Shown in pieces: positions 36,127 through 47,453 of a DNA stretch of 64,000 bases. A program made the translations under genes and the position numbers. Location of the stretch: positions 2,048,001 to 2,112,000 of the forward strand of contig OZ252299.1 in NCBI GenBank assembly GCA_965250285.1, in the 5' to 3' direction. The notes under the pieces were generated by a model. That model was not told where the DNA came from and did no database searches. It was given only the letters and a program-made list of their open reading frames with translations. Origin of the DNA: Myxococcota bacterium (GTDB lineage Bacteria; Myxococcota_A; UBA9160; UBA4427). How positions within the stretch are numbered: the stretch's first letter is position 1; each line of letters begins with the position of its first letter.

Positions 36127-36960
36127 CTAGATGCGCTTGAAGGCCGGTTTCCGCTTCTCGAGGAAGGCCTGCACGCCCTCGGCGAAGTCGGGCTGCTTGA
36201 ACGTGTCGAGCATCAGCTGGAACGACTGCTCGTTCGCGTGCTCGAGGTTCTCGGTCAGATCGCCGTACACCTGCCGCTTCATGGTGGCGATGCTCGAGGG
36301 CGAGCACTTCTCGGCCAGACTCTTCGCATAGTCGGTGACGTACGGCATCAGCTCGTCGGCCGGCAGCGTGCGGTTGACCAGGCCGAGCCGTTCGGCTTCG
36401 GCCCCGTCGATCTTGCGCCCCGAGATCAGCAGATCCATGGCGTTGGCCGGGCCCATCAGCCGCGAGAGCGTCCAGCTCGAGCCCCACTCGGCGATCAGGC
36501 CCCGTTGGGCGAACGCCGTGGTGAAGACCGCCGTATCCGACGCGAAGCGCAGGTCGCAGCAGGCGGCGATCGGCACGGCCATGCCCGCACACGGCCCGTT
36601 GATCGCCGCAATCACGGGCTTGGGGATCGACATCGGGTACGAGTAGTGCGCGCGGAAGCTCGCATCGGCGTTCGAGTCGCCGGGATCGGCCGCGAGCCAA
36701 TCGGGCAAGCCGCCGCCGCGCTCCCCCGCGCTGATCGCCTGCAGCCCCTTGAGGTCGGCCCCCGAGCAGAAGCCACGTCCGGCCCCGGTCAGCACGATCG
36801 CGACGACGCTCTGATCGCGCTCGGCACGCGCGAATGCGTGGCGCACCTCGGCGCCCATGCGATCGGTCCAGGCATTCAGCTGGTCGGGGCGGTTCAGCGT
36901 GATCGTCGCGATCGGATCGTCGACGCTGTAGATGATCTGCTCGTAGGACTCGTCCGGCAT
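36127..36960 (-). CDS. Enoyl-CoA hydratase/isomerase family
   Basis: ITLNRPDQLNAW, GRGFCSGADL, KPVIAAINGPCAG, DFAEGVQAFLEKRKP. Confidence 0.92.
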   Translation of the reverse strand: MPDESYEQIIYSVDDPIATITLNRPDQLNAWTDRMGAEVRHAFARAERDQSVVAIVLTGAGRGFCSGADLKGLQAISAGERGGGLPDWLAADPGDSNADASFRAHYSYPMSIPKPVIAAINGPCAGMAVPIAACCDLRFASDTAVFTTAFAQRGLIAEWGSSWTLSRLMGPANAMDLLISGRKIDGAEAERLGLVNRTLPADELMPYVTDYAKSLAEKCSPSSIATMKRQVYGDLTENLEHANEQSFQLMLDTFKQPDFAEGVQAFLEKRKPAFKRI

Positions 36961-37074
36961 GTCTGCTCCTGTGCTCCTGCCCTGTGTGCCTGATGGAGCC
37001 GCCGAGTGTACCGATTGCAGGAACGTCGCGAGGGTCTGGCACAGACCCACGCCCGGGTGCCGTAGCATTCGCCC

Positions 37075-38226
37075 ATGCCGATCCGCGTGCTCAGCCTCAA
37101 CACCTGGGGCCTCCCCTACGGCGTCGCGCGCGACCTGCCCGCACGGACCGAGGCGCTCGGCTCTGCGCTTGCGGTGCTCGAGCCCGACGTCGTCGCGCTG
37201 CAGGAGGTCTGGACCCCGCGCGCGCGCGGTCGGCTTCGCCAGCTCGCCGCCGAGGCGGGCCTGCCGCATGCCTTCTTCGTCGATCGCCCGCGCGGCAACG
37301 CAGGCCTGGTCGTGTTCTCGCGATGGCCCTTGGCACGCGGCGAGGCCCACCACTTTCGGGTCCGTGGCCGCGCCGAGCGGGTGCAACACAGCGATTACTG
37401 GGCGCGCAAGGGCTGGCTCGATCTCGCGATCGAGACGCCCGACGGCGAGCTCGGCCTGATCGACACCCACGTGCACGCGGCCTACGCCGACGGCGATCGT
37501 CCCGATGAGTACGCGGGCGAGCGGCTCGCCCAGGTGACCGAGCTGGCCCACGGGCTGCGCACGCGCGCGGGCTCGCTCCTCGCCGTCGGCGACTTCAACA
37601 TGCACGAAGGCAGCGAGGAGTACGAGGTCTGGCGCGCGCTCTCGGGCGCCACCGACGTCGCGGCGGCACTCGACCAGCGTCGAGCGACGGTGGAATCGAC
37701 CCACCCGTATACGCCCGCAGACGCCGAAGACCAGCGCATCGACTATGCGTTCACGCGAGGCGGGCTCCGCGCGCTGTCGATCGACCGCGTGCTCGACGGC
37801 CCGGTCGACCTCGGCGCGCGGCGCGGTCACTACTCGGATCATCACGGACTGCTGATCGAGCTCGACCCGAGCTCGGTCGGAGCGTCGCACGCGCCGTCGC
37901 CGCCCCCCGCCCGGTCGGTGCTCGAGCGCGCACGCACCCGGCTCGAGGAGGCCGCCGCCCGCACCGAGGCCCGGGCGCGGTTTCAGACGCGCGCCGGCGT
38001 GGCCGGGCTCGTGCTCTCGGGTGCAGCGGGCATCGCCGGCGGGCTCCGCACGCGCGAACGCAGGCGCTGGCTGCGCGCCGTCGCACTCGGTATCCCGGCG
38101 CTGACGGGCGTCGGTTCGGGGCTCGCCGTCGCGCTCGGCCGTGGCTTCACAGACGCCGAAGCCCGGCGCTTCCGCGAGGTCGCCCGCCTGCTCGACGGCT
38201 TCGAGCCGGCCGATCCGACGGCCTGA
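37075..38226 (+). CDS. EEP-family phosphodiesterase, neutral sphingomyelinase-like, with C-terminal TMs
   Basis: LSLNTWG, LQEVW, THVHAAY, GDFN, RIDY, SDHHG; two hydrophobic C-terminal segments. Confidence 0.8.
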   Translation: MPIRVLSLNTWGLPYGVARDLPARTEALGSALAVLEPDVVALQEVWTPRARGRLRQLAAEAGLPHAFFVDRPRGNAGLVVFSRWPLARGEAHHFRVRGRAERVQHSDYWARKGWLDLAIETPDGELGLIDTHVHAAYADGDRPDEYAGERLAQVTELAHGLRTRAGSLLAVGDFNMHEGSEEYEVWRALSGATDVAAALDQRRATVESTHPYTPADAEDQRIDYAFTRGGLRALSIDRVLDGPVDLGARRGHYSDHHGLLIELDPSSVGASHAPSPPPARSVLERARTRLEEAAARTEARARFQTRAGVAGLVLSGAAGIAGGLRTRERRRWLRAVALGIPALTGVGSGLAVALGRGFTDAEARRFREVARLLDGFEPADPTA

Positions 38227-38249
38227 ACGTCCTGCTACCGTCCGGCGCC

Positions 38250-38891
38250 ATGTCAGTGCGAGCCGTCATCTTCGATCTGGGGGGCGTCGTGCTGGGCTCG
38301 CCCCTGCACGCGATCCGCGACTACGAGCGCGAGCGCGGGGTTCCCGAGAACTTCGTGAACCACGTCGTGCGCGACACCGCACCCCACGGCGCCTGGTCCC
38401 GCCTCGAGCGCGGCGAGCTCTCGATGAATGCGTTCTACACCGCGTTCGCCGAAGACTGCCGCGCGGCCGGCCAGGAGATCGACGTGCCGGTGATGTTCCA
38501 GCGGATGGGCGAAGCCGCGAAGCCGCGGCCCGCGATGTTGACGGCGATCGACCGCCTGCGGGCCGGGGGGCTCAAGGTCGCCGCGCTCACGAACAACTGG
38601 GCGCACGACGGTGAACGAGGCGTCGACGACGGCACGCGCGCGCTCGAGCGCGTCTTCGACGTCTTCGTCGAGTCGAGCGTCGAGGGCCTGCGCAAGCCCG
38701 ACCCGCGCATCTACGAGCTCGTGTGCGAGCGTCTCGACGTCACACCCGACGTCTCGGCCTTCCTCGACGACATCGGCGGCAACCTCAAGCCGGCGCGCGC
38801 AATGGGGATGCAGACGATCAAGGTCGACGAGCCGCGCCAGGCGCTGAGAGAGCTCGAGGCGATCGTCGGGCTGAGCCTGCTCGAGAGCTGA
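38250..38891 (+). CDS. HAD family phosphatase (sEH/ACAD10 N-terminal type)
   Basis: AVIFDLGGV, LTNNW, KPDPRIY, FLDDIGGNL. Confidence 0.88.
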   Translation: MSVRAVIFDLGGVVLGSPLHAIRDYERERGVPENFVNHVVRDTAPHGAWSRLERGELSMNAFYTAFAEDCRAAGQEIDVPVMFQRMGEAAKPRPAMLTAIDRLRAGGLKVAALTNNWAHDGERGVDDGTRALERVFDVFVESSVEGLRKPDPRIYELVCERLDVTPDVSAFLDDIGGNLKPARAMGMQTIKVDEPRQALRELEAIVGLSLLES

Positions 38892-38913
38892 CCCGAGCCG
38901 GGTCGCCGCCGGG

Positions 38914-39978
38914 CTACTCGGGGTACTCGACCTTGGCCGTCGGCGACTTCAAGACGCCCTGGCACGTCAGCACCCAGCCCTGCTCGATCTGCTTCGCGTC
39001 GACGCCGCCATCGTTGTGCAGCATCTCGACGTCGCCTTCCTTGACCAGCGCCATGCAGCAGCCGCAGTAGCCGTCCTCGCACGCAAAGGGCGGTTCGAGG
39101 CCGACGCGGCGCGCCGCGTGCAGGATCGTCTCTCCGTCCTGCAGCGTCACCTCGTGGGTCGCGCCGTCGAGCTGGAGCGTGACCGTCGGGCCGCCGCCCG
39201 TCGCGGGCACGCCGACCTCGACCTCGGCGACGGGCTCGAACTCGTCCGGCGACTCGAAGCGCTCGATGTGGAACTGCTCTCGCGCAACCCCCATGTGCTC
39301 GAGCGTCGATTCGACGATGTCCATGAAGGGACCCGGACCACACACGTAGAAGTCGGCGCCGGTCTGATCACCGACCTGTCCGCGCACGAAGTCGCTGTCG
39401 GCGAAGCCGTCGCGGTCGTCGAGGCGGTGCACCACCTCGAGCCGGCCACCATGCTTCGACTGCAACGCATCGAGCTCGGCCTTGAAGATGATCGACCGCT
39501 CGTCGCGGTTCGCGTACACCAGCTTCACGCTGCGCTCGGTCGTGGCCAGCGCCGTCTTGACGATCGAGATGACCGGCGTGATCCCGCTGCCCCCCGCGAA
39601 GAGCACGATGGGCGTCGCGCGGTCCTGCAGCACGAACACACCCGCCGGCTTCATCACCTCGAGGGTCGTGCCGGCCTGCACGTTGTCATTGAACCAGTTG
39701 GAGGCCCGGCCCTCGACGACGCGCTTGATCGTGACCTTGTGCACACCATCGGTGATCGGCGAGCTCGCAAGCGAGTAGCACCGCACCAGACGCTGCCCGG
39801 CGACCTCGACGCGGAACGTCAGGAACTGCCCGGCCTGATACGCGAACGTATCGGCGAGCGACTCGGGCACGTCGATCACCACCGACCGGGCGTCGTGGGT
39901 CTCATCGATCACCTCGCGCACGAGGAGGTCGTAGTAGGGGCCGTGGGGCTCGACGCCGCCATCCGCGCTGGCGCTCAT
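38914..39978 (-). CDS. Ferredoxin-NAD(P) reductase with C-terminal 2Fe-2S, KshB/PaaE-like
   Basis: RCYSLASSP, AGGSGITP, YANRDERSIIF, CGPGPFM, CEDGYCGCC...LTCQ. Confidence 0.85.
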   Translation of the reverse strand: MSASADGGVEPHGPYYDLLVREVIDETHDARSVVIDVPESLADTFAYQAGQFLTFRVEVAGQRLVRCYSLASSPITDGVHKVTIKRVVEGRASNWFNDNVQAGTTLEVMKPAGVFVLQDRATPIVLFAGGSGITPVISIVKTALATTERSVKLVYANRDERSIIFKAELDALQSKHGGRLEVVHRLDDRDGFADSDFVRGQVGDQTGADFYVCGPGPFMDIVESTLEHMGVAREQFHIERFESPDEFEPVAEVEVGVPATGGGPTVTLQLDGATHEVTLQDGETILHAARRVGLEPPFACEDGYCGCCMALVKEGDVEMLHNDGGVDAKQIEQGWVLTCQGVLKSPTAKVEYPE

Positions 39979-40245
39979 GCTTGGCTGCTCCGTTCAGACC
40001 CGCGCCGCGCGCGGGCTTTGATCCTAGGATGCGCTCGGCATCCTGCACCGGCTCGGTCGCCCCCTTTCGAGGGGACACGGCTCGAACCGGTTGGGCGCGC
40101 TCTCGAGGATCCCCTTGCGGGGAGCCCGCCGCGGAGAGCCCGGGCGGGCCGCACCGAGGGCCGGGAGGCGCTCGGCGCGGCGGGAGACTACCACCGATCG
40201 CCGGGCCTCGAAAAGCCGTGGGGGAGCAACGTTGGGCGGCGGGCG

Positions 40246-40632
40246 TCAGGGCGCCGCCTGGGCTTCGGGCGACGCTGGAGCGGCCTGTCCACCGTCGTCG
40301 AGCTCGACTTCGAGGCGGCGGCCCTTCGGCGTCGCGGGCCGCAGCTCGACCACGATCTGGGCCGGCTCCAGCGCGGGCGGCCCGCTCGGCTGGTCGACGC
40401 TGCGCAGGATCACCTGCTGCGCGCGGTGCCCGTCTTTCTTGACGAAGACCACGTGCCCGCGGTTGGCTTTCAGATCGAGCGTATCGGGCGGCGGCTCCGG
40501 CAGCGGCTCGCCGTCGACGAAGACCTGGACGACGCCGGGCCCCACCTGGAGCGGCACGATCTGCTTGGGCGCGCAGGCGAGCGCCAGCGCGACGACCAGC
40601 AGCCCCACCCCCCACGCGAACGACTTCGGCAT
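40246..40632 (-). CDS. Putative small lipoprotein
   Basis: LALAC lipobox; VFVDGEP...VFVKKDGH PEGA-like pattern. Confidence 0.55.
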   Translation of the reverse strand: MPKSFAWGVGLLVVALALACAPKQIVPLQVGPGVVQVFVDGEPLPEPPPDTLDLKANRGHVVFVKKDGHRAQQVILRSVDQPSGPPALEPAQIVVELRPATPKGRRLEVELDDGGQAAPASPEAQAAP

Positions 40633-40819
40633 CGATTCCCCCACGGAACCCGCCAAGGCGGGCCTCCGCGACAGTGTAGCCGCAGACCGCCCGGCCCCCC
40701 GCGATGCGCACCCTGGGCCGCCGCAAAGCGATGCCCGTCGTGGCCCCCCGGTTCCCTCGCGATAGACTCCGCGCCCTCCGCGATCAAGATCCGGTCGCGC
40801 GACCGAAGAGAGGCCCGCC

Positions 40820-41977
40820 ATGAGCGCCGACGCAAAGCCCGACGTCCGTCCCGCCCGCCCCTGGTTCTCGTCTGGCCCGTGCGCGAAGCGACCCGGCTGG
40901 TCGCTCGACGCGCTCGAGGGCGCACTCGTCGGTCGCTCGCACAGGGCGAAGCCCGCGAAGGCGCGCATCCAGGAGGTGATCGACCGCTCGCGCGCCGTGC
41001 TCGGCCTGCCCGACGACTGGCGCCTCGGCATCGTGCCGGCGAGCGACACCGGGGCCGTCGAGATGGCGATGTGGTCGATGCTCGGCCCGCGTCCGGTCGA
41101 CATGCTCGCGTGGGAGAGCTTCGGCAGCGGCTGGGTCACCGACGTGGCCAAGCAGCTGGGCATCGAGCACCGCGCGCTGACGGCCGACTACGGCAGCCTG
41201 CCCGATCTCTCCCAGGTCGACCCGGACCACGACGTCGTGTTCACGTGGAACGGCACGACCTCAGGTGTGCGCGTCCCCAATGCAGACTGGATCGCGACCG
41301 ACCGCGCCGGGCTCGCGATCTGCGACGCGACCTCGGCGGCCTTCGCGATGCAACTCGACTTCGCCAAGCTCGACGTCGTCACCTGGTCGTGGCAGAAGGT
41401 GCTCGGGGGGGAAGGCGCACACGGCATGCTCGCGCTCTCGCCCCGGGCCGTCGAACGGCTCGAGTCGTTCGCGCCCGAGCGACCGCTGCCCAAGATCTTC
41501 CGCCTCACCAAGGGCGGAAAGCTCATCGAAGGCATCTTCGAGGCGGCGACGATCAACACGCCCTCGATGCTCGCAGTGGAGGACGCGGTCGACGGTCTGC
41601 GCTGGGCCGAGCAGGTCGGGGGCCTCGCCGGTCTCATTGAGCGCAGCCGCGCGAATCTCGCTGTGCTCGAAGGCTGGGTCGAGAAGACGCCCTGGATCGA
41701 GTTCCTCGCCGCCGACCCCGCGACGCGCTCGTCGACGTCGATGTGCCTCTCGATCGTCGACCCGTGGTTTCGGGCGCTCGACGCCGATGGTCAATCGGCC
41801 GCCGCCAAGAAGATCGGTTCGATCCTCGACTCGGAAGGCGTCGCCCAGGACATCGGCAGCTACCGAGACGCCCCACCCGGTCTGCGCATCTGGGGCGGCG
41901 CCACCGTCGACACCGCCGACCTCGAAGTCCTGATGCCCTGGCTCGACTGGGCCTGGCAACAAATCGCCCAGAACTGA
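40820..41977 (+). CDS. serC: Phosphoserine aminotransferase (Methanosarcina type)
   Basis: [53 protein letters not shown]. Confidence 0.93.
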   Translation: MSADAKPDVRPARPWFSSGPCAKRPGWSLDALEGALVGRSHRAKPAKARIQEVIDRSRAVLGLPDDWRLGIVPASDTGAVEMAMWSMLGPRPVDMLAWESFGSGWVTDVAKQLGIEHRALTADYGSLPDLSQVDPDHDVVFTWNGTTSGVRVPNADWIATDRAGLAICDATSAAFAMQLDFAKLDVVTWSWQKVLGGEGAHGMLALSPRAVERLESFAPERPLPKIFRLTKGGKLIEGIFEAATINTPSMLAVEDAVDGLRWAEQVGGLAGLIERSRANLAVLEGWVEKTPWIEFLAADPATRSSTSMCLSIVDPWFRALDADGQSAAAKKIGSILDSEGVAQDIGSYRDAPPGLRIWGGATVDTADLEVLMPWLDWAWQQIAQN

Positions 41978-42253
41978 CCCGCCCCCCCTCGCCAAGCGAG
42001 GCGACCTCCGACCGGCATGCAGCGCCCCTCCACACGCGCACAAACGAGCTGCACCGCCCGCACCAGACGTCCGTTCGGGCGTTTTCGGGTCTCCAGCCGA
42101 ATCGAAGGGGCCCCATCCCAACCGACCACGAGCCGCTCCGTCCTAAAACGGATCAACACCGTATGGCCGGGGCCCCGAAGACTGAGGCGGGAGACCCGAA
42201 AACGCCCGCCCCGAGCAACCCACCCGGCCCTGGCACCAGCCCCCCGCGCGTCG

Positions 42254-42952
42254 TCACGACTCTGCAGGAGCGTCCGAGTCGACGAGCGCCACTTTGAGGG
42301 CCTGCAGTCGTTCGATCTGCTCTGCCTGGGTCGCGAGCCGATCCTTCTTGGCTTCGAGCTCGCCGCGCAACGCGACGTACGCCGTCTCTTGCGACTCGAG
42401 CCGCTTCTTCAGGCGCGTGACCTGCTTCGCCGCATCGTCGGCGGCCTGTTTCGCCGACTTTGCCGAAGCCAGCGCCGCCGCCGACTCGCTGCGCAGCTTC
42501 TCGGCTTCGTCCGGCGACACGGCGCCTTCGGGTGTGCGCGCGCGCTCGGCCGCCAGCGCATCGGCGTGCGCGGCGCGCGCCGCCGCCAGCTCGCCCTGGA
42601 GTGACGCCGCCTCTTCGCGCGCGCGGTCGCGGGCCTGCCGGGCCTCTTCGAGGTCGCGGTCGGTGACCGAGCCCGTCGCCGGCCCTGAGCTCTTCGAGTC
42701 GCCCGCGTCCTTGCGCTTGCGCAACTTGTCGTAGCGCTTGCGCACGTCGACGAGCTCGTCGCTCTTGCGCCTGAGCTTGCCCGACTCGCGCTCGAGCTGG
42801 TCGCGCGTCGCGCGCAGCTCGCCCTCGAGCTTGTCGGTGCCGATCTGCGCCTCGCTCACTTCGACGGTGAGCTGACGCAGCCGCGCGATCAGCGCGACGG
42901 CAAGGACGGCGAAGAGCGCTGCCGCGCCCCAGGCGATGGCGGTCGTTCCCAT
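42254..42952 (-). CDS. Membrane-anchored coiled-coil protein
   Basis: N-terminal TM followed by heptad-rich helical region. Confidence 0.65.
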   Translation of the reverse strand: MGTTAIAWGAAALFAVLAVALIARLRQLTVEVSEAQIGTDKLEGELRATRDQLERESGKLRRKSDELVDVRKRYDKLRKRKDAGDSKSSGPATGSVTDRDLEEARQARDRAREEAASLQGELAAARAAHADALAAERARTPEGAVSPDEAEKLRSESAAALASAKSAKQAADDAAKQVTRLKKRLESQETAYVALRGELEAKKDRLATQAEQIERLQALKVALVDSDAPAES

Positions 42953-43101
42953 GCGGGCCCCCGTTGATTCGGCCAGACATTACCCACGGTCGGCGTCAGT
43001 CGCGCCCCTGTGGCGCAGATCACGACCGGGGGCCGCCTCGCTCGTCGACAGGACGATACTCGCGCGGCTGAGCCCCCGTGTCCGACGCGAGCGGGAGGCG
43101 C

Positions 43102-44154
43102 TCAGGGCCGCACGGCGTAGAAGGCGTTCATCGGGTTGGGCACGTCGAGCCGCTCGAACCCACCGAACCCCGCCTCGCGGCAGAACTGCTCGGCCTTCGC
43201 CGGCCCCCAGGCGGCGCCCAGCCCCTCGCCCCCGTGCGCCAGCGAGACCGTCATGCAGTGAAGCGTGCTCATCGCGTAGAGCAGCGCACCACCCGGGTTG
43301 ACGTTGCCTTCGAGCGCCGGCGCCACGTCGGGCTCGACCATGAAGAAGAGACCGTCGTCGCGCAGCACCTCGCGAATCCGCGCGAGCACGCCCTTCGGGT
43401 CGACGAGATCGTGGACGACGTCGAACGCCGTCACGAGGTCGAAGCCCGGGTCGACGGGCAGCGCCTCGCCGCCGGCGTGCTCGAAGTGCGCGTTGTCGAG
43501 CCCTTCGGCCGCCGCCGCGGCGCGGGCAGCTTCGATCGACCGCTTCGACACGTCGAACCCGACGATCTCCGATCGTGGATACGCGCGCGCGAGCGTCAAC
43601 ACGGCCGTGCCGGCCCCGCACCCCACGTCGGCGACCCGCAGGCCCGACTCGAGTCGCTCGGCGAGGCCCGGCACCGCCGCCAGCCAACGCCGCGTCAGCA
43701 GCAGCCGCATCCCGGGCGAATTCGCCCGCGAGATCCCCTGCACCATGAAGTCACCGTACTCGTCGTAGGGGACACCCCCGCCTTCGTGGCAAGCGGCCGA
43801 CACGCCCGGCACCGCGCGGTACAGCCCCTGCAGAATCTGGGTCCAGCCCCCCATGAAGTAGGGGCTCGATTCGTCGGCCAGCACGGCGGCGACCTCGTCG
43901 CGCAGCTCGAGCGTGGCCGCGTCGGCGTCCCACTCGAGCAGCCCGGCGGCGACCAGCGTGGCGGTGACCTCTTCGACGTAGCGAGGCTCGAGGCCGCTTC
44001 GGTCGGCGAGCGTGGCGACGCCGATCGGGCCCGCGCCCTGCAGATGCCCCAGCAGCCCCGTGCGATCGACCACGCCCAGCACGGCCATCACGGCGGCACT
44101 GCTCGTCATGTCGAAGAGGCGACCCATCGTGGCCTTGGCGACGTCGCGATCCAT
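43102..44154 (-). CDS. Winged-helix plus class I SAM methyltransferase
   Basis: VADVGCGAG, AFDVVHDL, LHCMTVSLAHGGEGLGAAWG. Confidence 0.88.
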   Translation of the reverse strand: MDRDVAKATMGRLFDMTSSAAVMAVLGVVDRTGLLGHLQGAGPIGVATLADRSGLEPRYVEEVTATLVAAGLLEWDADAATLELRDEVAAVLADESSPYFMGGWTQILQGLYRAVPGVSAACHEGGGVPYDEYGDFMVQGISRANSPGMRLLLTRRWLAAVPGLAERLESGLRVADVGCGAGTAVLTLARAYPRSEIVGFDVSKRSIEAARAAAAAEGLDNAHFEHAGGEALPVDPGFDLVTAFDVVHDLVDPKGVLARIREVLRDDGLFFMVEPDVAPALEGNVNPGGALLYAMSTLHCMTVSLAHGGEGLGAAWGPAKAEQFCREAGFGGFERLDVPNPMNAFYAVRP

Positions 44155-44294
44155 CTCGCACTCCCGGATTGAGCTCGGTGGACACCGGCCCCGAAGAGAG
44201 TGCCCCGATGCGCCGCCGCAGCCAACCGGCGCATGGTAGGCTCCGCCGCCCGCTTCCCCGGGCCCAGCGCCCGCGCCCCTCTGCCGAGGCCGCC

Positions 44295-45035
44295 ATGCCG
44301 ACCGCCGATCGCCTGCTCAACATGACTCGAACGCTGCGCAGGCGGACCGCGGCCCTCGAGTTCGCGGCCCCCGTCGCCTACGTCTACAACCCGCTCGACC
44401 ACGCGAAGCGGCCCTATGCCCAGTACGTGCGCCGCTTCGCCGATGGCCGTCGGCGCGTCCTCTTTCTCGGCATGAACCCGGGGCCCTGGGGCATGGTGCA
44501 GACCGGGGTGCCATTCGGCGAGGTCGCCCTGGTGCGCGACTGGATGGGGATCGAGGCGAAGGTCGACCGCCCCGCCCGCGAGCATCCGAAGCGCCCGGTG
44601 GACGGCTTCGCCTGCACGCGCAGCGAGGTCTCGGGCGCGCGACTCTGGGGCGCGATCGCCGAGCACTGGGGCACCCCCGAACGTTTCTTCGCGCACCACT
44701 TCATCGCGAACTACTGCCCGCTCGTCTTCATGGAGGAGAGCGGCCGCAATCGCACACCCGACAAGCTGCCTGCGCGGGAGCGCGAGCCGCTCTTCGAAGC
44801 CTGTGACCACGCGCTGCGCCGAACCGTCGAGATTCTCGAACCCGAGTGGATCATCGGCGTGGGCGGCTTCGCCGCCGATCGCGCCGAGCAGGTCCTCGAG
44901 GGCTTCGATGTGCGCTTCGGGCGGGTGCTGCACCCGAGCCCGGCGAGCCCGATCGCGAACCGCGGCTGGGCGCCGAAGGCACGCGAGCAGCTCGTCGAGC
45001 TCGGGCTCTGCCGAGCGGGTTCGACGCGGCGCTGA
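44295..45035 (+). CDS. SMUG1-type uracil-DNA glycosylase
   Basis: VYNPL, GMNPGPWGMVQTGVPFG, SEVSGARLW, NYCPL, HPSPASP. Confidence 0.92.
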   Translation: MPTADRLLNMTRTLRRRTAALEFAAPVAYVYNPLDHAKRPYAQYVRRFADGRRRVLFLGMNPGPWGMVQTGVPFGEVALVRDWMGIEAKVDRPAREHPKRPVDGFACTRSEVSGARLWGAIAEHWGTPERFFAHHFIANYCPLVFMEESGRNRTPDKLPAREREPLFEACDHALRRTVEILEPEWIIGVGGFAADRAEQVLEGFDVRFGRVLHPSPASPIANRGWAPKAREQLVELGLCRAGSTRR

Positions 45036-45156
45036 AGCCCGACGGATCCGCACTTTGTCGGTTGGACCGGACCGGCGCCGACGTTACTCTTGGCGCCCTT
45101 CGAGATCGCCCCTGCACGCATGGCCGGGGCGACCCACACCTTCGAGGAGCCCCGAG

Positions 45157-45915
<759 letters not shown>

Positions 45916-45936
45916 CGCCGAGCGGACGGTCCGGGC

Positions 45937-46341
45937 ATGTCGAGCGACGAAGAACGCGCCGCCGCGCTCCAGTCGAACGATGCGTTCTACCGCGCGTTCG
46001 CGGCGGGCGACTACAGCGCCATGGATTCGCTCTGGGCCCGGGCCGAGGCGGTGCTCTGCATCCACCCGGGTGGACCGCCGCTCCATGGACGCGACGCCGT
46101 GATGGAGAGCTGGCAGGAGATTCTCGCCCAGCCGCCGCCGATCGAGCACCGGGACCCGCACGTCGAGATCGTGCGCGGCGTGGCGTTCGTGACGTGCCTC
46201 GAGGCGGTGGCGGGTCGTCCGCTCGCCGCGACCAACGTCTTCGTCTGGGAGAATGGACGCTGGCGCCTCACGCACCATCAGGCGAGCGCGATCGCGGCGC
46301 CGGCGCCGCTGCAAGCCCCCGGCTCCGACACGATCCACTAG
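45937..46341 (+). CDS. SnoaL/NTF2-like protein
   Basis: NDAFYRAF, CIHPG, ATNVF...WRLTHHQAS. Confidence 0.85.
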   Translation: MSSDEERAAALQSNDAFYRAFAAGDYSAMDSLWARAEAVLCIHPGGPPLHGRDAVMESWQEILAQPPPIEHRDPHVEIVRGVAFVTCLEAVAGRPLAATNVFVWENGRWRLTHHQASAIAAPAPLQAPGSDTIH

Positions 46342-46353
46342 CTCGACCCGCGC

Positions 46354-47211
46354 TCAGGCGTCGGCGTCGATCTCGACGAACGGGACGAGCAGGCCGTGGC
46401 GGGCGACCGAGAATCGATCGCTCGCCACGGCCGCGTCGTCGTCGTCCTCGCTGCGCGTCTTTGCACCCGGCGTGTAGAGCACGGCCTTCAGGGCATCGGA
46501 CACCCGCTGCTCGTCGGCCGCTTCGATGCGGATCCCGCGCACACACAGCGTCGGCAGGTGGTGCTGTGCGTCGGGCACGCCGACGTCGCCGGGCGCAGCG
46601 TCGTGGATCGAGATCGCGAAGTGCGCGGCCAGGGCGGTCGCGATCGCATCGGCCTTCGCGATCGAGGCATCGCTCGACCAGTCGAGCGCCGCGACGAAGA
46701 GCATCGCCGCGGCGTCGGCCTTGCTGCGGCGTTTCGTCTTGACGAGCCGGGCGCGCAGCCCGGCCAGGGTCGGCTCGAGCGAGCGCTGCAGGTCGGCGAG
46801 CAGAATCGGCGGCGGAGGCGCATTCGACTGCTCGAGCGCCCCGAGTTCGCCGTGCCAGAGGCAGGTGAAGAGTCGCCCCTGGGTCGTGACCAGCCGCCGT
46901 GGCTGCGCGTCGGGCGCGTCGGCGAGATCGAGCTCGACCGGCGACCCCCACTGCGCGACGAAGCGTCCCGCATCGCCGCCGCCGGCGACCGCTCGGGCGC
47001 TCCGCGGCGGATCGAGGACCTGCAGCCAGCGCCCGGGCGCGCCCTCCGCCCAGTCGCCATACCCGCCCTCGCCCTCGTGCAGCACGTCGCCCTGCTCGAA
47101 GCGGCAGCTCGAGACGGCGCCCGCGAACGCAGCGGGAAGCGCCCAGGCGAAACCCGGCAGCCAGGACGCGCGCTCGGTGTGGGCCGCTTCGGGGGTCTTC
47201 GAAGGCGGCAT
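46354..47211 (-). CDS. Hypothetical protein (start uncertain)
   Basis: Globular-looking ORF filling the gap; no recognised motif. Confidence 0.5.
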   Translation of the reverse strand: MPPSKTPEAAHTERASWLPGFAWALPAAFAGAVSSCRFEQGDVLHEGEGGYGDWAEGAPGRWLQVLDPPRSARAVAGGGDAGRFVAQWGSPVELDLADAPDAQPRRLVTTQGRLFTCLWHGELGALEQSNAPPPPILLADLQRSLEPTLAGLRARLVKTKRRSKADAAAMLFVAALDWSSDASIAKADAIATALAAHFAISIHDAAPGDVGVPDAQHHLPTLCVRGIRIEAADEQRVSDALKAVLYTPGAKTRSEDDDDAAVASDRFSVARHGLLVPFVEIDADA

Positions 47212-47453
47212 TGGCCCCCTCCTCCATCGTCCCGCCAGGCACGCTTGGCGGTGCCCGGCCGCGCTCGCTCGGCGGCGCCGATTCGCACACGCTTCGCGGC
47301 GACCGCCCGCGCCCCCTGCGCGGCGCACGTCGCGGCGCCGACCCGCGCACGCGGACGGTACCCGAAGCCGCTCGACATGCGCCCGCGCTCCCCGAGTCGG
47401 CTCAGGTATGCTCGAACGGGTCGCCCGCGTCCGCCCGAGGAGCTGCTCCGACG

